Assembly: GCF_036321535.1 (NCBI RefSeq)
Contig: NC_087436.1
Coordinates: forward strand, 12,214,001-12,278,000
Direction: 5' to 3'
DNA length: 64,000 bases
From: Camelus dromedarius
Taxonomy: Eukaryota
The notes beneath the pieces are model-generated. The model was not told the DNA's origin. It did not search any database and was given only the letters and a program-made list of their open reading frames with translations. Shown piece by piece: positions 27,321 through 42,845 of this stretch (position 1 is its first letter; every line of letters begins with the position of its first letter). The position numbers and the translations under genes were made by a program.

Positions 27321-28186
27321 TTTGACTTCTAAGTGTATGAAAGAGGGAATACAAGCATACACTTTCATAAAGATTTTGGAAATTACACAATGGGAATTCA
27401 CTACTTTGGATTCTCCAGTAACTGATATATGAATGACCAAATATAATAGTCTTAAGCAGATGGATTATTTGAGACATTTAAGGTATATTTGAGAATATTA
27501 CTTTTCATACTCAATCTTATTCTCCTTTGGTAAATGAAAACTTTAGAAGGAGGTTGGGTTCAGTTTTTTTAAATAGGAAATGCAAGAATGTTAGCATTTA
27601 AAATAGACATTATTGTTTTGACCATGTGTAACTAGATTTTGAGACTATTTACTTTTGCTTTTTTACCTATTCAAACTTCTTACACTAGAGTATGCCTCTT
27701 AAAAATGAAACTAACATACTAAGTGATTATAGTTACTCTGTTAAAGAATAAATATTGTATATAAAATTGAATTGGTTTATTAGTAATCCAGTATCTACCA
27801 CATGCAACAGATGTAAATTCATAAGTTTTTTTTCCCAAGGTCTCAGTCTATGGGTTGGTAGTTTTACATTCTTGGCAACTCTGGGTGGCTTATCTAGTGG
27901 GTTTTCCCTACACCTACATCCCTGAGGGCTCCAGACCACCACTTAACTTCTCAGGCTGTGGCTGTTGCATTTACATTAAAAAATTGGTCAAGAAAATATC
28001 ATGAGTTTTCCAAGGGAATTAACTGCTGCCAAATGTATTTCTCCATTGCCAGATGTGTAACAGCAGCCCCAATTCCTCTGATAATCAGGGTCAATTATCC
28101 TTTTAGGATGGATTCCTTATCTTGCCTGCTAGTCCCTCGGCACAAAGAGACCAGGCAACAGTCATAGTTTAAAATTCAATGGGATT

Positions 28187-28975
28187 TTTTTTAAACATTT
28201 TTTTATTGACTTATAATCATTTTACAATGTTGTGTCAAATTCCAGTGTAGAGCACAATTTTTCAGTTATACATGAACATATATATATTCATTGTCACATT
28301 TTTTTCTCTGTGAGCTACCATGAGATCTTGTGTATATTTCCCTGTGCTATACAATATAATTTTGTTTATCTATTCTACAATTTTGAAATCCCATCTATCC
28401 CTTCCCACCCTCTGCCCCCTTGGCAACCACAAGTTTGTATTCTATATCTATGAGTCTGTTTCTGTTTTGTATTTATGCTTTGTTTTTTTGTTTTTGTTTT
28501 TGTTTTTTTAGATTCCACATATGAGCAATCTCATATGGTCTTTTTCTTTCTCTTTCTGGCTTACTTCACTTAGAATGACATTCTCCAGGAGCATCCATGT
28601 TGCTGCAAATGGCGTTATGTTGTCAGTTTTTATGGCTGAGTAGTATTCCATTGTATAAATATACCACATCTTCTTTATCCAGTAATCTGTTGATGGGCAT
28701 TTAGGCTGTCTCCATGTCTTGGCTATTGTAAATAGTGCTGCTATGAACATTGGGGTGCAGGTGTCATTTTGAAGTAGGGTTCCTTCTGGATATATGCCCA
28801 GGTGTGGGATTCCTGGGTCATACAGTAAGTCTATTCCTAGTCTTTTGAGGAATCTCCATACTGTTTTCCACAGTGGCTGCACCAAACTGCATTCCCACCA
28901 GCAGTGTAGGAGGGTTCCCCTTTCTCCACAGCCTCTCCAGCATTTGCCATTTGTGGATTTTTGAATGATGGCCAT
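28187..28975 (-). mobile_element. Young 5'-truncated L1 with 12-bp TSD
   Basis: Uninterrupted 155-aa ORF2 C-terminus (28508-28975); TSD ttcaatgggatt at 28175-28186 and 28976-28987. Confidence 0.95.
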
Positions 28976-31484
28976 TTCAATGGGATTCTTGCCTTGTCTT
29001 CAGGTGGAAGACTCGTCAGTAAGGTTACAAGAAATTGGAGGATTTAATGATCAGTTTTCCAATTTATATCTATTAGCTAAGACTTATGTCAGTTCTAAAT
29101 ATTTAAATTTAAATAATGATTTTCTGATATTTATAAAGATTTTATTTATCTAATATGTCTTTATTTTATCATCTGTTTCCTTCTAATTTATTATCTAAAA
29201 CAAATCTTGAAACATTACTGGCAGATTATTCAATAAATATTAACACTACTGTAACTAGATAATAAGCAGAGTCTTTTTTTTCCCTTCCAGTATGCAAACT
29301 ATGATTCATGTTATTTTTCTTTAGCAGTAGTGCTACCTCTTTTGTAGGTCACTTCTATTTGTCAGTGAAGTGTATCATCCCCATATGCCAATGCAGGCCA
29401 TTTTTGTTTCTCCAGATCCAAAAGGAAAAGAGTCACCTGTCCCTTCATTTGCAGTGTGAGATCCTTATGTGATTCAGATGGGTCACCAGCATTACCTCAA
29501 ATTGAAATTCTTAGATGGACAGTGTTTCTAACTCAGAATCTTTTATCTCTAAAAACTGATCTAAAAAGTTGGTGCCAATCAACTGCCAAATCAAGTAAAG
29601 GGAGATAGTATAATGTGACGGGCAGTAAGAGATGCTAAGTTTTTTAAAAACAAATTCTGTCAACAGGTTAGTAGTATGAATCTATATCCTAGAATTTTCT
29701 AAGGCTCAACTGGGATAATGTTGATGAGGATACTTTATTAACATTAAGCATCATACATTTAATATCAACATAAGTTGCTGACGCTTTATGGAATTTTTAC
29801 AGTGTTGAAAATAATACTGACTAAGGATATTTCAAAGATCTTTCAATTTTTTACTTGTTTTGGTGTGCAAGTTCTCCCTAATTATCCTTCCAGTTGTTGA
29901 AGGTCTCTGAGACTATGAAGAGGAGAAATAGAACTCAGTATGTGGGGTCAAGTTTTCAGGATGTCAGTGAGTTTTTAAATTTTGTAATGGTTATTTCACT
30001 GAGCATGTGTTGACTTGAGAACTGTGCAGTGGCATGTATTAACCAAGAGAAAATAATATAATCTTTGACTTGTGCCTTGGAGGAAGCCTTTTACAAAGGT
30101 GAATAGCCAGAAAAGTTGGAATGCAACATTTTCTCTCTTAATCTATCATAACAGTAGACTCAATACAAATGGAAAAAAGTGAGGAAAAAAAAAAAGATTC
30201 TTCTGTTTTTGTGAAAAGGTGACCAGATAGTGGATAAAACATAGCTAGAATATAGAAAATAGCAAATTCTCATGAACGGTCTTACTTCCAGGAACGCATC
30301 AAGAATTACTTCAAGGGCTAATGCTAATATTTAGAATATAAGCCAATTTAATCTAAATTTTTCAATTAACTTAAAAAGAATTATCGAGGTGACTTCTACA
30401 ATGGCCACAAATGTAGACAATTACAAGCCTAAGGGAAGAAAAAATAGGTGTTGGCTTACTGTTACAAGATGCAGGATATGAGGAATATAAATAAACCAAA
30501 TCTTGGTAGTGGTAGATATATTCATTATTTGAGCAGTATAAGAACAGCAGTTTTTAAAATCTTATGAACTACAATAATCTGTTTTTTAAAGCTTGTGATG
30601 GAAATTATTAGGCCATACAGAAAATAAGTTTAAATATTTATTTTTACATTTCTTTATCAATATATTTTTAGTCAGTGTTTTCTCTTTTGAGTCAAAGAGT
30701 TCAAAATGAGTATTTGTGTTGCAAGTGACTTTCTTTCTTTTGTGACATTTTAAAAATGTCCCGAAAAACCCTATCCATGGGCACTGTGGGCTATAAACAC
30801 AGATTGATATGGTACTTTGATGGACTGACTTCCAAACAAAGATACAACTATTTGAAAATTTAGTATTTTCTCAAATCCAAAATGTAAAATAGCATTAAAA
30901 TAGAGAAAAATTGCTGCCCCTGTTGTGTTCAGAATCTATCGATCAATTTACATTCATCTTGAAACTCATTAATATCATGAAAAGTGACTTTATCATCAAA
31001 TGTCTCCATATTCTGGAATAATAATGCTTGCATGGTGTATATGTATATGCACATATTTATTTGCTTTGCATTTAAGATTGAATATTTGATTTTTGTACTG
31101 AGATTATATTTTGTGTCCTGACTCAAGAAATAATCAAAGAAGCCTATGTTTAATACTAGCAGCAGTTCTTTGTTCTTTGAAGGGACCTCTAAATTTGGAA
31201 TATGTTAGGACAGTTTTTTTTTTTAAATAATGATCCAAACAGTTAGGTTTTTATATTGTGCCACACCTTCTCCTTCCAAAAAAAAAAAAAACTTGTCCTT
31301 GGTATATTAAAGGCATCTTGTTTTAATGTGGCAGATGACAGTCATGTTACCTATGAGAACCTTTCAATGTAGCTTATCAGGGAAGGATGAATAAACCTTT
31401 TTATTTAACTCATCATTTGTGCTTCATTCTATGCATGCTTTTTGCAGATTGGATGACTTTGTTCAATTTATGTGAGATCTACAG

Positions 31485-31615
31485 TAGAAGTGAAAATGGA
31501 AATATGTATACATATGTATAACTGAATCACTATGCTGTACACCAGAACCTAACACAACATTGTAAATTAACTATACTTCAATTTTAAAAAAGATAAAAGA
31601 AAAAAAAAAGAAAAA
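31485..31615 (+). mobile_element. Short L1 3' tail fragment
   Basis: tgtataactgaatcactatgctgtacaccagaacctaacacaacattgtaaattaactatacttcaa followed by an A-rich tail. Confidence 0.85.
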
Positions 31616-34214
31616 GCAGATCTTGAGAAAAATCCTATAAAATATTTTAAATAAAACTTTGCATATGATGCTTTTTTATGAACAACCACTAAAATAATTG
31701 GGCTACCAATATTTTCTTGTTGTTAGAAACTTAAGAGAGAAATGTACTACATGAAAAAATTCTTATTCTTATTTTTTTCAAAGATCATTTCTGAGAATGT
31801 ATATAAAAATATATCTTTATTTTTGTATCGTATCAAGAGCTTTTAAAATGTTAGATAATTGTTTCCCAAACTTGGAACTTAACTTTCATGCTTGTCATTT
31901 TGGGGGGGAAATTTATTCTGTGCATATGAAATGCCACGAGAATATTATTTTCTCTTTTAAGTAATATAACATTATCTCCAAAATGTATATATTAGAACTT
32001 TTGCCAAATCTTACTTTTCCTTGGGAATTTGCTTAGCGGTTGTCAATAATGTAAAAATAGTAGACTTTCAAGCCTCCTACTATTTCCCTTGTCTGAGGGA
32101 ATTTTCACTTTTATTGTAGCCTAGAGCAGCCAATGCAGCTTTGTCAGGCTTTCACATGACATCATTCTTCCTCCCTAAATCCTCTGTCAATAACAACATA
32201 AGGTTTAAACTGTATTTGGAAAATGTATAATAAGCAAGTCCTCTTGACTATTGGGGAATCTTTAAACGATCCCTCCAAATCCCATAAATCTCAAGATAAC
32301 CAATCTGTTAGTTCAGTCATGCATTTCTTTCATATCAGAATAGTGCTCAGAAAAGAAAAAAGGGGATTCAATTCCCATATCTACACTTAATAATATTTAC
32401 TATTGAAATAAAAAAGAAAGGCAGCTGCCTCTTAATTTTTTTTAAAGTATATAACAGTAATTCACTCTAGATTGAAAGGGTTTGAAATATTCTTTGCAAT
32501 GGTTGAATAATTAGGGTCTTCAGGCAGATTTGTGAAGTATGTGGCATGCCTAGCCTCATTCATGTTATAAACAACTATACCTCGATCCATTTATTCATTC
32601 ACATTTTTTGTGCCTCAAAATGTATACTGAGGACCTCCTTTATGTTGGGCACTCTGGCAGTGAGTGTTTAAAGATGAGCAACACATGCTTCCTGTGGTCA
32701 GTATTTTCAAAATTAGGTTGAGGAATCAGACAATTGAAAACACGTTATGAAATCCTGTGTTTGGCAGATGAGCCACCTGATGGGGTTAGTTGGGGAGAGG
32801 GGGTTTCTGGAAGGATGTTCTGTAAGTAACGCCTGAGGAGACTCAACCGTCTTGTCTAGTACAGCGTATTCCCAAGTAGTGATCAGCTCTCAAGAAAATG
32901 TATTTATTTTCTTGAGGATATTAAGTTTGCAAATGTTTTCTTCGGAGTGCACTGAAAAGCTTTGCTTTTGGCAAAAGTAGTGGTTCTTTATTGTGTGTGA
33001 TCCCTTTGACAATCCACTATGGACCTCTTCCCTGAAAAACATGTGGTGACTGTTTATAAACCCATACATACTTTTTGCGTACAACTTTTAGAAAATCACA
33101 GACATGAAGCTTCTTTAAAGCTGGTCCATGGACCCTAGCTTCAGAACTGAAGGACTAAAGATTACTGGGGAATCGGAAATTGGGTGGAAGAGACATTATT
33201 TAAAGTTAGAACGTAGCGAGTCGTATTTTAACCATAGATTCTTTTACAGAATATGTTTGCTCTGTCTACTACAGAAAAGTACTCTGCCATTTTTTGGTCT
33301 CTGATTAATCTTTTTTTTTTTTTTTTTTTTTTTTGTAGTACAGTGAATGCAAATAGCTTCTAGGCAAAAAACAAAACTTGTGGTTTTCCATGTAATTTGA
33401 AAATTGTTCTTTTTGACATTTTATTTTGGCCTATCGGTTAGCTCCAACCCCATTTTTCGACCATAGGAATCTGAGCAGAATTCCAAACAGACAGTAAATA
33501 TTCTAATTGCAGTGAGCATTTCCCTAGTATTGTCGTGTATAACCAGTTTCTTATACTGCTGTCAGTTCTGATATCACTAAACTCATATTGCTGCATTGAA
33601 TGAGGCTAATGACTGGTAATTCATACTTCTAAAACTATTTCTCTGTAATTTTTGTTCTTTTGGTATAAAATAAATTTTAAAATACCATATAGAAAGAAAA
33701 GCAAAAAGCTCCAAAGTGGATTTGAGAATTATAAATATCTTGGAGTCTATATTAAAAACATATGTTTGATTGGAATGCAAATTCTAAATCCATATTAATA
33801 TAAATTGTCATGATCCAGCTTGCTATGCCAATGCATAAGTAAAGCTTTTCACATGCAGGAATAAAATACTTTAACTTAAGTAGGAGATGAGTTAAGGAAA
33901 CCTTCAAATGTGTGCAAAAAAAAAAAAAAGAAAAAAAGAAAAAAAGAAAAGAAAAGAAAAGAAATTGCACATTTTAAACTATGTGATAGGTTGAAAATTC
34001 TAAGATGTCCATTTTTGTTGCTAATAGTATCAATATTTAAAGATATACAAAGCCTGCAGTATATGAAGTCTGCACATAAATGAATTGGCTTAGTCACTCA
34101 CTATCGCTTCTTCTTAAAGAAATATTTGTTTTCTCCTGAAACAATTCATTGTATATTCAGAACCACAAAGCTACGACTGAAGTTATTAGCTCAGAAAAAA
34201 AAATATAACAGTTA

Positions 34215-34334
34215 GGGGAGGGTATAGCTCAGGCGTAGAGTACCTGCCTAGCATATGCGAGGTCCTGGGTTCAATCCCCACTACCTCCATTAAAGTAAAT
34301 AAATAAATAAATCTAATTACCTCCTCCCCACCAA

Positions 34335-34374
<40 letters not shown>

Positions 34375-34385
34375 TTAAATAAAAA
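34215..34385 (+). mobile_element. tRNA-derived SINE (camelid-type) with (AAT)n tail
   Basis: ggggagggtatagctcag (A box)...gggttcaatcccc (B box)...tacctccattaaa...ctaattacctc, then (aat)n. Confidence 0.9.
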
Positions 34386-34744
34386 GCAGGCTTGTGTGCT
34401 TCAGAGCAGTTTTGTCTCCTGTTGAGAATTATCTGGTCAGGAGTAATGTTTTCCTTCTGTGAAGTGTTTTATCAACTTAGACTCCTGACCTTTGTTTGAA
34501 ATAACCCATCAAGACATCAACCGTATTCCACGTAAAAAGTCACTACAAGAAAATAAAAATCTAAAACACATTTGAGTTTTATCTTACTGCTTTTATTATA
34601 TAAAGGTAGTACTGAAAACTGCATTCTATTTGGTTGAGTGCTAAGCTTTCAAATCAACTAGCTGATTCAGAGAAGAGTAAAATTTATTCTTGCAGAAAAG
34701 ATGTAATGCTAATAACGATAATGACAATGCTAATTATTTGTAGT

Positions 34745-34862
34745 ATTGAGAGCTTGTTAAAAATGGAGATCTGAGGCATCTCCCCAGGCCTAGTAAATCA
34801 GAACCTGCATTTTAACCAGGTTCACTATGATTCCTGGGCAAATAAATGTTATAGAAGCACTT
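34745..34862. mobile_element. MER5A-like hAT MITE fragment
   Basis: gagcttgttaaaaatggagat...aaatcagaacctgcattttaaccag...agaagcact. Confidence 0.7.
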
Positions 34863-36733
34863 ATCCATTGCCCCTAGTTTTCCCCCAGCACTAGGGGAGG
34901 AAGAGCCAAAGTGAGAGTCACTGAGTTACTATACAATGATTTGCATAGTAAATACTCACGATGGAAGATTTAAATAACTAGTAAACTGATTTTTGCTTAG
35001 CGTAGTGAAAAATCTTGAATAAAATAAGACAGTGCAAAATTTGTTTTTATAAGAACTAATCAAGCCTTTTATATAATTGCAAAATATTTTATTTAAGTAG
35101 GCCATCTATTTTCTTAGGGCGTCTGGCTTTCGGGAGGGTGGATATGGAGCAGTTTCTGCTGCGTGCGTATGAAGTTGGTTAGAATCTGGATTCAATTTAA
35201 GGCATCAAGACCACCTTCTTAGCCAGCACTGTAAGCTGCTCTGTGGACCCATCGCACTTGGTCTCTGTGATAGTGAAAGATGGTGAGCATCGCTCTCCTT
35301 CTGCAGACCGCCCTTTCACTGAGAGTGGGGCAGAAGGGAAGGTTGATGCGAGAATTCTAACGACTATTTTTTCATATGAAAAACTGATAACTCACCTTAA
35401 GCTAATTCCTATTTTTTTCCTTTCTAGGTTTACTCATAAATAAACTCCTTATATCAGTTTTGTATACATGAACTAAACCAAGTATACAATTTTATTTGAT
35501 AAACCTTTGCTCAAATCCTAAAGCATTGGATAGCTTTCAAGACTGGAGTTTAAAGTTTTTAAATTAACTAACTTTATTAGTTTTTTTTTAGTGAAAATTC
35601 ATACATATTAAGATTTGGATTTAGTAAAAGAGAGTGATTTGAAAAGCATGGGTTTTGTCATTTTCTACATTTCTAATATAAGTTCCTCCTCGCCTTTTTG
35701 GTTTTGCAGAAGAAAAATCTGAAGAAAAATTTTAAAAAAAGAAAATTTGTAACCTGTATCAAGAAACAAATATCCCAGAATTTCCAAAGCATTTGTCAAT
35801 GTTTTACTATTTCATGATTAATTTATTCTCTTAAGTTTGTTATGTTTCCTAGAGTTATTATATTTTGACTTCTGGCAGTACAAAGGGATTGATTAATCTA
35901 CTTTTAGACTCAAATAAACAAGGAGGCCATTTTTTTGTTATGCAAATGTATATTTCTGACCTTAGTAGAGAATTCACATACTGGCTTTAAATAAATTCGC
36001 AGTGGTTCGTAGAGCTTTACTTTAAGTAGCATAAATTTTCTGGTTATAAAAGATAGAATCAGAGTGTTTCCAGGATGAGGGTAATGGTTTTGAAGCTCCT
36101 GAAAATAAGGACAATGTCTTATTTGTCATCAAAGATCAAAGTCCAGCATCTAGTCATTGCCTAAAAAAATGTTGACTTAAATATTACTTTTGCTAGTTAT
36201 TTATACATTTTATAGAGAGTCCAAGCCAATGTGGTCTTTAGAGAAAGTGTATTATAACTGTATAAAAATGTAATGAATGAGTTGCTGTAACAGCACAATA
36301 GTCTTTTGTCTTAATTGCACTTTATGAAGTTACAATAGCACATGGTTTAGAGGTTAATTCTACCTCTCTTTCCTGACCTGCTGCTGATCACGGGTAGGCA
36401 CTGTGAATTCAGGCATTCCTATCAGATTCTGACTTATTTTCAAATTAGCCATGATTGCTGAATTCTCTTTCCTTAGGATCCTCCACAAATCAGAGACCAT
36501 TCCATTCAAAGAAATGACTTTCTCCTCCTGCCCTCAAACATCAAAGTGAAAAACGTAGGTCACATCCTTTCACAGGTGGCTCATATTACATTGTAAGAGG
36601 TCCAGTATGTTTGGTTACCCTTACTTTCTGAAATACATCTATATCTGTAAGGACCACATTTCCATATTTTTGCAATACTTTTCTTGTTAGCTTGTTTGCC
36701 TTGATTTTTGTTCTTAAATAATTTACATTTTAA

Positions 36734-36955
<222 letters not shown>

Positions 36956-37029
36956 TGATTCCCTTGATATGGATGAGCCTGTTTAGAAATTTAGGTTTTG
37001 TTCATAGTTTTAATATTATTAATTGATGT

Positions 37030-37260
37030 ATATAACAATGTATTTACCTCATACCAGGCTTGGTTTAAGTACTTTGCAAGCATTAACTCTTTGTATCCTC
37101 ATAATGACCCCATGAGGGTAGCTGCTAATATTATTGTGATTTACAAGTAAGGAGATTTACAAGGTTATATAGTTTTCTCATTGTCACGTAGCCAGGAAAT
37201 GGCTGAGTGAGGACCAAAATTCAGTTCTTAGAAATGTCAAATTTCATCCTCTTGAGCATT
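37030..37260 (-). mobile_element. MIR
   Basis: taagtactttgcaagcattaactctttgtatcctcataatgaccccatgagggtag...gtcacgtagccaggaaatggc. Confidence 0.65.
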
Positions 37261-38535
37261 ATATTCAGTTGCCTTCTATTTGGATACTGAGTTACAAAAC
37301 ATAAATTATTCTTAGAGTGATTACACACAAGCTTATTAGAGAAATTGATCTAGCTTTATAATTTTTATGAAAACCTGGAAGATAATTTCAATTTAACTGT
37401 TTGAACATGTTTGAATTATGCCTATATGAGATTTGTAATATTTAAAAAATTATTTGGGTTCTCATTTTTAAATAGTTTAATTAAAATTTAAAAAAAGATT
37501 CATATTATTTTGATACAACTTTTTAGTCTGTATTTTATTTGAGGAACATTGCAAGGTTAAAAATGTAAAACTTCATTTTGTTGTTATAGCTGAAACATTG
37601 ATTCAGTGTCGTGCTTTTTGTTTTTATTGACTCTCTCCTCATGCTCAATGCTATTTTTATTTTCTTCTTGTATTCTGTGGAAAATAAGATACATCATCCC
37701 TTTGTGGTATCTAGCAGACAAGGACATTTTAGACTTAAGACTTTTTATTATAAGTTTCAAAAGTGTGGAAAAGTTAATAGAATAATACAAGCAATACCCA
37801 TACACCTCTAAGAGTCAACGATTGTTACGTTTACTGTATTTGCTTTGTGTGTGTGTGTGCACGCATACATGCAGAAGGGTGTATAAAATATTTTGAGGTT
37901 AATTGCAGACAACATAGCTTTTCAACATTCAGTAGGTTAGCATGCACTTTTTAAGGATAAAGACATGATTGTCTATAATCAAAATACAATTATTGCATGT
38001 ATGAAATTTATTTAAGATAATCAAACTTAAGGAAGTGATTTAAAATAATACATTACTTAAAAATAATATGCTTTAGCCTTAGTTATAGTGAAAAGTATGA
38101 GCCATGAAAGGCTTTTCTAAAACAGAGACCAAATATAGGAGGAAAGCTGCTTTGCAGTGTAATCACAGACAGCACATTCCTGTAGGATGTGTTTATCGAC
38201 AGACTCTTCAACCACACTTAACACTGACACAGAGACAGTGGATTTGGGACAACAAAGTAATGATACAACTCAACAAAAGCTTAGACTTACCATGCTCCAT
38301 TTTTAGTCTTTATTAAAACTGGTTAGATTCAAGCTTTATTCAAGACTTTTCTTTAAGTCATTTTCCTCTCTTTGTACTAGGGGCATTTATTTTCTGTGAT
38401 TTAGAACATTTTAGTACTATATAATTTTGTCATTTCATTTATAGTTAAGCTCTGAAAGTGTAATATTTGGAAGAAAATACCATTATTTTAGATAAATAGC
38501 ATAAAATAAGATTACACTATCAATCATTAAAAAAC

Positions 38536-38543
<8 letters not shown>

Positions 38544-38578
<35 letters not shown>
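38544..38578. repeat. (AT)n microsatellite
   Basis: About 17 AT units. Confidence 0.95.
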
Positions 38579-38581
<3 letters not shown>

Positions 38582-40452
38582 TATTATGTATTTCAAAGTA
38601 TTTTGCACTATTCAGTTGGATTTCAAACATTGTAGAAGTAGTCAGTTAGCTTTTTCCTGCTCTATCTTTTCCCTTCCTTGGTAGTTTGTGTTGAACTGAC
38701 TATATTTTTTATTTCAAAATGTGTTGTCTTTCCCATAAATATTTATTTGGTTTGTATATTTTCATTTTGGAATTTTTAGGATATGTGAGAAATAATCATC
38801 TATGAATTTTCTTTTTTTCTATTTCAATGAACTACCTACACAAAATTTTATTTCAATTGCTATAAAATTATTCAAAATTACTAAACTATTAAAAACATTA
38901 TTGTCTTTGATAGTCTTGAAATGTTTTCTCTAGTCTATAATTACTCTTATCCTTAAAATCACCTTAATATTAACTAAGACATTTCTTTTTTCCTCAGGAT
39001 TAGCCTCATTCTATAGTTATTTATATGTGTTTCAGGCCTAATTTGCTATATAATTTTTACACAATGGTCATTTCAAATCCATTTTTACCATCCTTTAAAA
39101 ATGTTTCTTGTAACTACTTAGGAATGAATACATTTAAGTATTACCTCATCTTTCTAAAATGTTCAATGAAAAAATTTCAAAAGCTTTTCTCAAGGGGCAC
39201 AGAAAAAATGTGACTGTGTAATGCACATAATTAAGCAGATTATCAGTTAGGGAACAAGCACTCTGACTTAATTGCCTTATAAGGACTTAATTGATTTTTC
39301 CTATGAGGCTCATATGGTGATAATTTTTATTATTGTTTTTCATTAGCGTCAATCTAGGTAATTAAGTTTCAGTATTAAAGGCAGAAAGGATATTGGAAGG
39401 AAATAGCTCAAAGTGTAGGAACAATTCGTCGTTTCTGTGAATTTCTGGTCCTCTTCCATAGTGTCCACACGCTCATGAACCACTTGTTCTGACATCATTA
39501 GTGATCATATTAGTTATCCGCTCAATGATACCTCTTTATTATTTGCCAATCAATCAAAAATTCAAGGGGAATGCAAAACAGGAGATAAAATTTGAGGCAT
39601 TTTATTAAAGCCCTGGAATGAGAATTAAAAAGAGTTGGATTTTCATCAAATGATCTACTTTCTAATTATGACTTTGTTCTTAAAATTACAAGAAGACACA
39701 TTTTCTTATCCCCACTCTTTCCTCTACTTTTTGAGCTATAAAATTCTCTACATCTTTTTAAATAATTTTTGCAAATTGCATAGTGTAACAATGTATTTTG
39801 CAGCCAGACATCCTTTGGAATCTCACCTTGTGACTTTTTTCTAATTAGATATTATTGGTTTTTATAAATTACAGAAGCTAATTTTCAAAATTTATTTGAA
39901 TATGTTATAAAACATCATATGCTTTTAGAAATCGAAGCCTTGGAGCAAAACTTGCACTATACACTTGCTCTTTTTTTCCCCAGTTTCATTGAGGAGTAAT
40001 TGACATACAGCATGCTCTTCTAATGTTTTTATTCCCATTTGCCGATTTGGTATCTGAAAACTTTTAGTTCACACTGGGGAGGTAGCTGGAATGCACTCCA
40101 CAGGGCAGAACAACTTGCTGTCATCCTATACAATACTATGCGATGTCAAGGTCACAGTGAAGAAAAATGTTTGAAATTGTCAATAGATGACTCAATTGCC
40201 ACGATGCCCAAATAAAGTCATTTAGATTGCTCTCTGGGTCTCTCCTACCCCCTTAGTTTTAGTTGCTAAAATTTGTTATTGTAGAATTTTTAACCCTTTT
40301 CCAAGACTTAAGGATATTCATGACTCTAACCTTGTAAGACCACATACAAAGAGATGTCCAAAGAAGAATCAATGTCGCCTATTCCTATTGCTTATTTAAA
40401 AGAACTTTAATTTACAGTGAGTTTAACTTAACCATTTCCTTTATTCTTTAAG

Positions 40453-40533
40453 GTGGATTTGGAGACCATGGTATGTCAAAGAAACGAGGGGCCCTCTATC
40501 AACTTATAGAGAGGATAAGAAGAATTGGCGCTG
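40453..40533 (+). CDS. TLL1: TLL1 coding exon 3 (prodomain), 81 nt, phase 1-1
   Basis: Pyrimidine tract then aag acceptor, CTG|gtatat donor; translates (G)[26 protein letters not shown](G), matching TLL1 prodomain as recalled; too short for the ORF track. Confidence 0.92.
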
Positions 40534-42006
40534 GTATATCAATGTTTAAAGTTGCAGACGCTTGACTTGATGTACACTGAATATTACAGCAGTTCAGTTT
40601 GCCATTAAGATGCACAGTATGGAAAGGATATATTCTGAGAGTCCTTTATTCATTTTTATTTTGTTAGTTGATTTTCGATGTAAGTTTTTTAGAACATAAT
40701 TTGGAACATTTGAAATATTTCAACTTATTTTCAGCTTCTCCTTTTTAAAAAATTATATTAGTTGTTTATTTGATTGTTGATATTTATTTCCAGTACATTG
40801 GCTTCACACTATAGTGATTTTATCAAGCATGGAGCTACATAAATTTTAATCAAATGAAAAAATATCATGGCTGTTTGTTCTGAAATAAAATCCACTTAAA
40901 TTGGCAAACTGATTAATTAGATTAAACATACTTGAAAATATTTTTGATCCTTCCAAAGATATGTATGTAGGAAACATTCAGAGGAATTGCCTTCTGGCTT
41001 CATGATTAGTTTAAAGTATTGCATTTATTAATCACTATTTGTAGATTTTAGAGGTTTTTTTTTTTAAAGTCTTCTGTTCAAAGTTCATATCCTAATATCC
41101 CTTAAATTGACTGATTATTAATAAAATACTTAAAAGTGCCTACTTTCAAGAATTAATTTTCCAAAGCAAAGATGCTTTACTCCAGGATATTAAAAAGATA
41201 GACATGTTAGGGACACACACACAGGGGGCACGCATTCAATATTTGTTTTCTGAAGTGTGTGCAAGCTGTAAGATATTAATATCAGCAGTCATATATAAAT
41301 AAGAAAAACAAAATCACGCAAATTTAGGAAAAATAAAACAGTAAGAAAAAATGTTACAAAAGGCTACCAAGAAAAGTTAGTAAATACTGACCCGACATTG
41401 TTGCAGAATAGACTACATTTTGTGTTGTTGGCCTGTTCACTTTCTGTGCTGATCTCTAAACCATGCTGTTGTCTGGATGTGAATCCCAGGGAAACTGGAA
41501 TGGAGGTAGCCCACTGTCTCAGAATCTGAGACCATGTCTATCTTATCCTTCATTTACTGCATCTACAGTATGATATTCACAATTTTAGACTATATTAGGG
41601 AATATCAATTCTGATTTAAAGGATTAGGGATTTAGCAGGAGTAAGAGTTTTGAACATCATAAGACTTTTAAAAAATGTCTATTTTATTCTGATGGTGAAT
41701 TTCTTAGTGATCTAATAAAGCAGAATGCATAATACATGATACAAAGCAGAATACTAAATACGTGAAAGACTTTGTGCCTTACAAAGTCTACTTGACTTCT
41801 ATCCACTGTTGGCTGTTGTATGGAAATTCATCAAAATTTGCTCACAAAGCTTTAAGAAATAGTATTTTGACATGAATTAATTAAATATTTTAAGGCTTTT
41901 TTAAAGTATGTAATATAATTAAAGTTTTTCTTTCATGCATTTTGACTGCAGGCATATTTATATAAATATGTAAATAAGACATTTTAACTTGTCCTTTAAG
42001 AGGTAA

Positions 42007-42240
<234 letters not shown>

Positions 42241-42422
42241 TGATTAAGAAATAATTATCATATAGGTTATGTGTATATTTTTATAGAATATTCATATATA
42301 TAACATACTATTAAATCAAACTTGAGAAATACTCCATTTCCCTTAGTTGTCAGGAAGTCTTAAATTTAAAAATATATTTAGTCTTGAGTTCTAAGAATCT
42401 AAAGAGCTGTTCTGGGCTTTAA

Positions 42423-42845
<423 letters not shown>

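Noticed and set aside
34215..34290. tRNA-like sequence with A and B boxes (also ~49282-49355)
   Set aside because: SINE heads followed by the family body and an A-rich tail; not real tRNA genes.
39965..40019. ~40-nt L1 tail micro-insertion with possible tgctctt TSD
   Set aside because: Plausible, but too short to support confidently.
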